Below, piece after piece: positions 58,046-64,000 of a stretch of DNA of 64,000 nt. Both the position numbers and the translations under genes were made by a program. Every line of letters begins with the position of its first letter. The first letter of the stretch is position 1. A model generated the notes under the pieces. That model had not been told where the DNA came from, did no database searches, and worked only from the letters and a program-made list of their open reading frames with translations. Source of the DNA: Candidatus Nomurabacteria bacterium GW2011_GWD2_36_14 (GTDB taxonomy: Bacteria > Patescibacteriota > Minisyncoccia > Phycocordibacterales > UBA9973); contig LBRL01000001.1 of NCBI GenBank assembly GCA_000991405.1, forward strand, positions 222,172 to 286,171, in the 5' to 3' direction.

Positions 58046-60509
58046 CTTTTCCGTGACAGACTTTGTACTTCTTGCCAGAGCCACAAGGGCAGGGGTCGTT
58101 GCGACCGATTTTAGGAGAGTCTCTTCTTTCTGGAGTATTTCCTTCGTCACTAGAACTTAAGACTAAGGCTGGTCTTTCTTCTATGACTTGCTCATCAGAC
58201 CTTTCAGTATCTACATTCATAGTAGAAATAAGAGAGGAAACTTGCTCTTTGAAGACTATCTCCATCTCTTTGAAGAGTCGCAGGCCCTCCTTCTTGTATT
58301 CTATAAGTGGCTCTCTCTGACCATAAGCACGCAAATTCACCGAAGAGCGAGTATACTCCATGGTCTCTAGGTGTTCTACCCAAAGGTTGTCGGTAATGTA
58401 AAGGATTATCCTTCGAACTGTCTCCATGAATACAGCCTCCCCTACCTTCTCTTGCTTCTCTTTGATAGTCTCCAGTAGCTTCGGATAGTCCACAACTAGC
58501 TCATCTAGGAATTCCTGAATCTTTTTATAATCCCCTTCGAGCATTGCACGACGTCTGCCGTAGATAACATTTCTCTGGTGATTCATGACGTTGTCGTATT
58601 CAAGAGTATGCTTACGTGAGTCGAAGTGAAAGCCTTCTATCTTGGCTTGAGCACTTTCGATGGCATTCGATATGAATCTATTCTCCACAGGCTGATCCTC
58701 TGGTATGCCAAGCTTGCCCATCATACTCTTCAGTCTGTCTGATCCGAAGATGCGCATAAGATCATCTTCAAGTGAGACATAGAATTGTGTGACTCCCGGA
58801 TCCCCCTGACGGCCTGAACGCCCTCGTAGCTGGTTGTCGATACGGCGAGCTTCGTGACGCTCGGTACCTAAGACGAACAATCCCCCCAAGGATTTCACTT
58901 CTTCATAAGCCTCTTGGCTAAATGGTACTCCACCAAGCTTGATATCAACTCCACGCCCAGCCATATTGGTAGCTACAGTCACTGCCCCTAGCTTGCCCGC
59001 ATTGGCAATAATCTCGCCTTCTCTTTCATGATTCTTGGCATTCAAAATTGTATGTGGAACTCCGGCTTGTGTCAGATATGCAGAGAGGAGTTCGTTCTTC
59101 TCTATAGAAACTGTTCCAATTAAAACTGGCTGACCCTTCGCATGCAAATCTTTAACTTTTTGTGCTACTGCCAAGAGCTTACTCTTCTCTGTCTGATAGA
59201 TGAGATCGTTCAAGTCTTTTCTATTAATCTCTCTATGGGTAGGTACGACGATGACATTGAGACCATAAACTTTGAAAAATTCTTCTCTGGAAGTTTCGGC
59301 TGTTCCTGTCATACCTGAAAGCTTTTTATAAAAACGGAAATAATTCTGAAATGTGATAGATGCTACCGCTCTAGTCTCCTTCTCAATTTTCACACCTTCT
59401 TTAGCTTCTATGGCTTGGTGGAGTCCTTCGCTCCAGCGACGGCCTGGTTGCATACGGCCAGTAAATGCATCGACAATGATCACTTCACCATCTTTGACGA
59501 CATAGTCTTTGTTGTTCTCATATAGAGCTCGGGCTTTCACTGCGGTTTCTAAGTGGTGCACGTATTTGATACCCTTCTCGGTATATATGTCCTTCATGCC
59601 GAGCAAGTCTTCTGCCTTTGTAATACCTGCGTCAGTGAGTGAAATAGCCCGAAGCTTCTCATCGACGGTATAATCCTCTTCTAATTTAAGGTTCTTGGCT
59701 ATATCGGCAAAGGTATAATACAAGTCTTCAGAATCCTCGGCAGAAGAAGATATGATAAGTGGGGTTCTAGATTCATCGATAAGGATAGAGTCTACTTCGT
59801 CGACAATAGCAAAGTGATGTCCTCTTTGGACGATGTCTCCAATACTGTTGGCTAAGTTGTCTCGAAGGAAGTCGAAACCAAATTCATTGTTCGTACCGTA
59901 AGTAATGTCACAAGCATAAGCCTCGCGACGAGAGCAAGGACGAAGGAACTCATACTGAACCTTAAATGAACTCAACTCTCCCTCGTTCTCACTCACTTCA
60001 TCCTTATGTGTTGGATCATACATGTAAGATTTATTCTCAGAATTTACCACAGCAACACTGACGCCAAGAGTAGCGAAGACCGGTCCCATCCAAACTGCAT
60101 CACGACGAGAAAGATAATCGTTGACTGTAACAATGTGAACTCCGAGACCTGTAATTGAATTTAAATACGCAGGAAGGGTTGCCATGTTGGTCTTACCTTC
60201 ACCTGTCCTCATTTCTGCTATGTCGCCATTGTTGAGTGCAATACCTCCGATCATCTGAACATCATACGGACGAATATTGAAAGTGCGGACAGATGCCTCA
60301 CGAACAAGTGCGAAGGCTTCTGGTAATATGTCCTCTAGGGTATCACCCTTGGATAGTCTGTCTTTAAATTCCTGTGTTTTAGACACAAAAGAAGAATCTG
60401 TCAATTCTTTCATTGCAGGTTCTAATTCGTTGATTTTATTGACTATAGACTTCCACTTCTTTACTTGTCTGTCATTTTCGTTTCCTAATATTGATTCAAA
60501 TATACTCAT
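58038..60509 (-). CDS. secA: Preprotein translocase ATPase SecA
   Basis: DEAD motor motifs and a C-terminal zinc finger [15 protein letters not shown]. 823 aa. Confidence 0.95.
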   Translation of the reverse strand: MSIFESILGNENDRQVKKWKSIVNKINELEPAMKELTDSSFVSKTQEFKDRLSKGDTLEDILPEAFALVREASVRTFNIRPYDVQMIGGIALNNGDIAEMRTGEGKTNMATLPAYLNSITGLGVHIVTVNDYLSRRDAVWMGPVFATLGVSVAVVNSENKSYMYDPTHKDEVSENEGELSSFKVQYEFLRPCSRREAYACDITYGTNNEFGFDFLRDNLANSIGDIVQRGHHFAIVDEVDSILIDESRTPLIISSSAEDSEDLYYTFADIAKNLKLEEDYTVDEKLRAISLTDAGITKAEDLLGMKDIYTEKGIKYVHHLETAVKARALYENNKDYVVKDGEVIIVDAFTGRMQPGRRWSEGLHQAIEAKEGVKIEKETRAVASITFQNYFRFYKKLSGMTGTAETSREEFFKVYGLNVIVVPTHREINRKDLNDLIYQTEKSKLLAVAQKVKDLHAKGQPVLIGTVSIEKNELLSAYLTQAGVPHTILNAKNHEREGEIIANAGKLGAVTVATNMAGRGVDIKLGGVPFSQEAYEEVKSLGGLFVLGTERHEARRIDNQLRGRSGRQGDPGVTQFYVSLEDDLMRIFGSDRLKSMMGKLGIPEDQPVENRFISNAIESAQAKIEGFHFDSRKHTLEYDNVMNHQRNVIYGRRRAMLEGDYKKIQEFLDELVVDYPKLLETIKEKQEKVGEAVFMETVRRIILYITDNLWVEHLETMEYTRSSVNLRAYGQREPLIEYKKEGLRLFKEMEIVFKEQVSSLISTMNVDTERSDEQVIEERPALVLSSSDEGNTPERRDSPKIGRNDPCPCGSGKKYKVCHGKDK

Positions 60510-60533
60510 ATATTTTGTATTTTAGCACAAAAA

Positions 60534-60560
60534 GAAAATCCCCGATAGAGAGGGGATTTT
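60534..60560 (-). terminator. Hairpin between the small K-rich ORF and secA
   Basis: aaaatccccgatagagaggggatttt. Confidence 0.5.
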
Positions 60561-60583
60561 CTTAAAACCAATTGGGGGTAGAA

Positions 60584-60679
60584 TTACTTCTTTCCCTTCT
60601 TTGCTTTTTTAGCTACTTTTTTAACTGCCTTTTTAGCTACTTTTTTAACTGCTTTCTTAGCCTTCTTTTTTGCTGCCAT
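60584..60679 (-). CDS. Lys/Ala-rich 31-aa peptide with an internal 24-bp tandem duplication
   Basis: Manual translation MAAKKKAKKAVKKVAKKAVKKVAKKAKKGKK. Confidence 0.4.
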   Translation of the reverse strand: MAAKKKAKKAVKKVAKKAVKKVAKKAKKGKK

Positions 60680-60829
60680 ATATTTAAAAAATTTATTATT
60701 TTTAAAAGATGTGTGACTTCACGACCTTACAAAATTTTATAAAATAATTTTTGTAAAAAAAATTAATCACACTCACACATATATTATCTAACATAAAAGA
60801 AATAACCGCAATACTTTTTCGATAAAATG

Positions 60830-60838
60830 TGTGGATAA
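60830..60838 (-). promoter_or_regulatory. Consensus DnaA box (TTATCCACA) within an extremely AT-rich ~200-bp tract
   Basis: tgtggataa on the plus strand. Confidence 0.35.
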
Positions 60839-60932
60839 CTTTTTTTCTTTTTTTAAAAAAATTTATTTTTAAATTTAATTAATTAAAAAAATATAATAAA
60901 AAATTAATTAGCCCGTATAGATTTTTTATAAT

Positions 60933-61004
60933 AGTTCTTAAGAAATGCCTTGCGCAGGCTGTCGAGCTGAGCAGAGCAAATTTTCAACAGAAAATTATGT
61001 GTGC
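60933..61004 (-). repeat. GC-rich intergenic repeat family, copy 4 (orientation B)
   Basis: agttcttaagaaatgccttgcgcaggctgtcgagctgagcagagcaaattttcaacagaaaattatgtgtgc. Confidence 0.65.
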
Positions 61005-61098
61005 ATTTCGAGAGAAGCTATTAAAAAAATCTAGAACTCTAATATATAGATAGATATGAAAAACACCATGCTTTGGACAAGGTGTTTTTCATATATTT

Positions 61099-61412
61099 GG
61101 TTTGTATCTATAAGCCGGGTTCTGTTCCCTATTGCTAGAGTAATAGATATTTATCTAGGATGTAAATTACTCCACACCTCAAGCGATTCAAATTCTGGCA
61201 TAAAGCCAGAAAGTACGATCTTGCACACGCGTAAGTATTTTGCCGTTTCACCCGAACACTAATTTTCATTAATGTTCGATTCGTCTCTGTTCGCAACTCT
61301 ACCCTTACGGGCGACGGGCGTTACCCGCTACGTTTAATCAAGCAAAAGCTTGAATATGTGCCCGGACTTTCCTCACCCTAATAAATTAAGGCGCATCTAT
61401 CCAATACAAACC
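61099..61412 (-). ncRNA. rnpB: RNase P RNA (compact, about 314 nt)
   Basis: P4 strands GAGGAAAGUCCGGGCAC (reverse complement of 61358-61378) and ACAGAACCCGGCUUA (reverse complement of 61111-61125). P1 pairs GGUUUGUAU/AUACAAACC. A TTGTCA-17-TACAAT promoter lies upstream on the minus strand. Confidence 0.8.
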
Positions 61413-61477
61413 TGATTATATTGTATCAGATGTTATAGGGCTTGACAATACCAATTTATTTTGCTATACTGTCCTTA

Positions 61478-61572
61478 GTGAGATTAAGTTCCAACGTTCA
61501 GTACAAATTTATTTTACTGTAACAATTGCATAGCAAAACCCCATCGAGCAATCGGTGGGGTTTTGTATTTTG
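61478..61572 (+). ncRNA. Candidate small RNA, divergent from rnpB
   Basis: Near-consensus promoter TTGACA-17bp-TATACT (61442-61470). A strong terminator ACCCCAUCGAGCAAUCGGUGGGGU plus a U-run follows (61535-61572). No ORF. Confidence 0.35.
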
Positions 61573-61679
61573 TACCAAAATGTTATGATATAGAGGTGGC
61601 AGTCGTTGTGTGTTTAAGTCAGCGGCTGCACTCACATATGCAATTGTGTTGGAGGTTAGCACCCGCTGACTTTAGCACA

Positions 61680-61727
61680 TAACAGAAAATCATCTCAAGA
61701 CTTGAGATGATTTTCTGTTATGTATTA
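61680..61727 (-). terminator. Long perfect hairpin, the terminator of the 61728-62975 gene
   Basis: acataacagaaaatcatctcaag-ac-ttgagatgattttctgttatgt. Confidence 0.65.
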
Positions 61728-62975
61728 TTACTTCTTCGTAGATTTCTTTTCAGTAATTTCTGGCTTTGGATCTATGCTTAAGTCACTTTCAGGTTTTGAA
61801 TTTCCAAAAAGTGCCGACATTAATTCTTTTCCTTCAATGCTTCCTTCCGGAACTTCTACAACAGCAGGCTGGTCTAAACTAGAGTAGAGCATTGTCATTG
61901 ATATCTTGAGAGCTTCAATATCTTTACTTTCTTTATCTACGATATCTCCACTCACTACTAGCTTGTGAGGAATATGGTCGAATATTCCAATCCAGATTTC
62001 TCCGTGAAAATTATTTAAAGATTCTATAATTTTGGCATAGTCGGAATCTGTTACCAAGGATAATTCTTTGCCATTTTCTGTATTCCTTAGATAGATAAGC
62101 ACCTCTTTCAAGTATGAAGCCACTCCTTCTTTGTCTAAGTCAAAGTTAAAATGATAAGACAAAGATCCATCCACTATTGCTGGTAAATGTTTTTTTGTCA
62201 TCTTGATAAGGCTAGCTCTACTCGTAATATCGTAGATCTTTTGCTTCTGTTCTGGGGTTAAATTATTCACTATTTTTGAGCCAAATCCAGAGGAAGATAT
62301 TAGTGGATTGTTGCTTATGTCACCTAGGCTAGACTTTCGAGGGAAAACGATCCACTGATTCTCAAGTGGCTTTAATGAGATACTTCCTAGATTGGGAGCT
62401 TTGAGTAACTTCACGTAGAGTGAGCCATTAACAATGCGAGAATCCATGGAAGCTTCCTCGCCATCCAATTTCAAAACGAAAGAAGTATCTGACTTTAAAT
62501 TATTCTTATCTATAAGATCAAATGAACCTTTCATGGCCAAATCAATAACTTTAAACCCTTGGTCTGTATTAGTCTCCACTCCTACATGTGATGATTCAGC
62601 AACAATATGCATATCAATAGTAGAAGCTTTAGAATTCCTTGAGGTGTCTAATGATTCTCCAAGTAATTTCGAAGGGAATATAAAATAGCCAGATCCATAC
62701 GCAAGAGCTACGCCACTTATGATAAATATTAAGATAATGATTGGCAATAGAAGGCTAGAAACCTTCTTCTTGGACTGAAGAAATATAACCTTGGGTGTTT
62801 TGTTTATTACTGGTGCAACTGTAGCTACATTTGGCTTGTTCTCAATAATATTGAAAACATCTATTATATCTCCCGCACTCCAACCTTCTGCTTCTAGCTT
62901 AGTAGCAATAGTCTTCCTATCTAGCCCAGAGGCAAGCTCATTTTTCACAAATTGTATAAGTTCTGGTGTTGTCAT
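61728..62975 (-). CDS. Hypothetical single-pass membrane protein with large extracytoplasmic domain (415 aa)
   Basis: ORF with a TM helix at about aa 75-95. Confidence 0.45.
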   Translation of the reverse strand: MTTPELIQFVKNELASGLDRKTIATKLEAEGWSAGDIIDVFNIIENKPNVATVAPVINKTPKVIFLQSKKKVSSLLLPIIILIFIISGVALAYGSGYFIFPSKLLGESLDTSRNSKASTIDMHIVAESSHVGVETNTDQGFKVIDLAMKGSFDLIDKNNLKSDTSFVLKLDGEEASMDSRIVNGSLYVKLLKAPNLGSISLKPLENQWIVFPRKSSLGDISNNPLISSSGFGSKIVNNLTPEQKQKIYDITSRASLIKMTKKHLPAIVDGSLSYHFNFDLDKEGVASYLKEVLIYLRNTENGKELSLVTDSDYAKIIESLNNFHGEIWIGIFDHIPHKLVVSGDIVDKESKDIEALKISMTMLYSSLDQPAVVEVPEGSIEGKELMSALFGNSKPESDLSIDPKPEITEKKSTKK

Positions 62976-63024
62976 AAAATTAATTTAATATAATAAATAT
63001 ACTATCTATTATAACATTAAAACA

Positions 63025-63060
63025 AAAAACATCTCAATAGCTTGAGATGTTTTTTGTTTT
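63025..63060. terminator. Bidirectional terminator-like hairpin in the 16S trailer, upstream of the 62975 gene
   Basis: aaaacatctcaatagcttgagatgtttttt. It shares CATCTCAAnnnTTGAGATG with the hairpin at 61700. Confidence 0.55.
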
Positions 63061-63299
63061 GTATTTATATAGTTTGTACCCCCACACCCATATTTTTATA
63101 ACTGTTTACAGCGAAGATTTTAATCTTCAATAAAAATATAAGTGTGGGGGTGTATCAATAATCCATTTAAGTAAAGCACTCTTTCTTTTGTTCCGTCCTA
63201 CAGGTCTTTCCCTTGTTGTCAGATTTCTTTTAGGACTTAAAATCAATGTCCATTGTGTAGTCAATTGAGCTACACAATATCGACTCAATAAGATCGTCT

Positions 63300-64000
63300 C
63301 ACTTCATAAATGAAGGTAAGAGATCGATTTCAAATTGAATTATTCCACGAACAGCTTCCGCTACCCGTGCCTTGTTACGACTTATTCCCTGTCACCGAGC
63401 TTACTGTAGGCCCTCCTTCTGGAGAGATTTCGAGTATTCCCGGCTCCCTTGAATTGACGGGCGGTGAGTACAAGACTTGAGAACGTATTCACCGCGGTAT
63501 GTCTGACCCGCGATTACTAGTAATTCCAACTTCATGGGGTCGAGTTGCAGCCCCCAATCCGAACTGGCGCAATTTTTATAGGATTCGCTCAGGGTTACCC
63601 CGTCGCTGCCCGTTGTAATTGCGATTGTATTATGTGTGTAGCCCAAGGTATCAAGGGACATGCTGACCTGGCGTCATCCTCCCCTTCCTCCCCGACCGAA
63701 ACGTACAAATAGTTATAAAGTTTTATAAAGTGTAAAGTTATAAAGTGAATGCAAAATGCATTTTACTTTATGAACTTTATGAACTTTTAACTTTCAACTT
63801 TTATCCGCTTGGGTCGGGGCAGTCTCGTGTGACACTTATAACACACGACGAGGGTTGCGTTCGTTACCCCACTTAAGGGAACAATTCAAACCACGAACTG
63901 ACGACGGCCATGCATCACCTGTCAACTAGTCTTGCGAGGGCCCTGGTTTCTCAGGGCTTTCACGTTGATTTCTAACCTTGGTAAGGTTCTTCGTTTATCG
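63300..64000 (-). rRNA. rrs: 16S rRNA gene, 3' two-fifths (continues past window end); 3' end approximate
   Basis: Reverse complement contains AAGUCGUAACAAGG, UGUACACACCGCCCGUCA and GGAGGAAGG...GAUGACGUCA (universal 1390-1500 and 1175-1200 regions). An AT-rich insertion of about 110 nt lies at 63715-63830. Confidence 0.9.

Noticed and set aside
60600-60665. Tandem direct repeats considered as a mini CRISPR array
   Set aside because: Only two 24-bp units, contiguous with no spacers, and in frame within a small Lys-rich ORF.
61056-61262. 68-aa plus-strand ORF
   Set aside because: Completely inside the RNase P RNA gene (conserved P4 strands on the minus strand).
63077-63161. Long inverted repeat in the 16S trailer considered as a tRNA or ITS tRNA
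   Set aside because: No cloverleaf can be drawn; it is a simple stem with a 55-nt AT-rich loop.

Overview
This is a 64 kb, AT-rich (roughly 35-38% GC) bacterial chromosome segment. The gene content and style suggest a reduced-genome, CPR/Patescibacteria-like organism (inference). The supporting observations are compact housekeeping genes, no recognisable Shine-Dalgarno sequences, a roughly 314-nt RNase P RNA, and a 16S rRNA gene carrying an AT-rich expansion insertion with no adjacent 23S.

The housekeeping genes are in two groups. The first 37 kb carries typA, rseP, frr, holB, mreB, priA, rpsU, ybeY, ftsA, ftsZ, trxB, gpmI, gyrA, rpsA, pth, lepB, hisS, def, fmt, hpf and metK. The last 14 kb carries pepN, rnhB, dnaE, secA and rnpB.

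RNA and regulatory features:
- Four tRNAs: Val(GAC), Ser(CGA), Glu(UUC) and Asn(GUU).
- A SAM-I riboswitch in front of metK.
- A partial 16S rRNA at the window end.

Accessory content:
- A roughly 12 kb AT-rich integrated element next to tRNA-Asn. It has a large serine recombinase whose 3' end overlaps the tRNA, a RepA_N-like wHTH protein, an OmpR-type wHTH regulator, and an iteron/palindrome-rich noncoding region. Its cargo genes are uncharacterised and encode mostly secreted or membrane proteins, including an SDH/S49-like peptidase, a YegP/DUF1508 protein, a GtrA-like protein and an SRPBCC protein.
- A tandem array of five paralogous VirB2/TrbC-like pilin-type proteins next to an orphan membrane-anchored solute-binding protein. 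The neighbouring genes are punctuated by a 44-bp direct-repeat family.
- An IS200/RAYT-type HUH transposase with three copies of a REP-like GC hairpin. One copy is inserted in frame within the coding sequence and one provides the stop codon.
- A GC-rich intergenic repeat family of about 70 bp in four copies.
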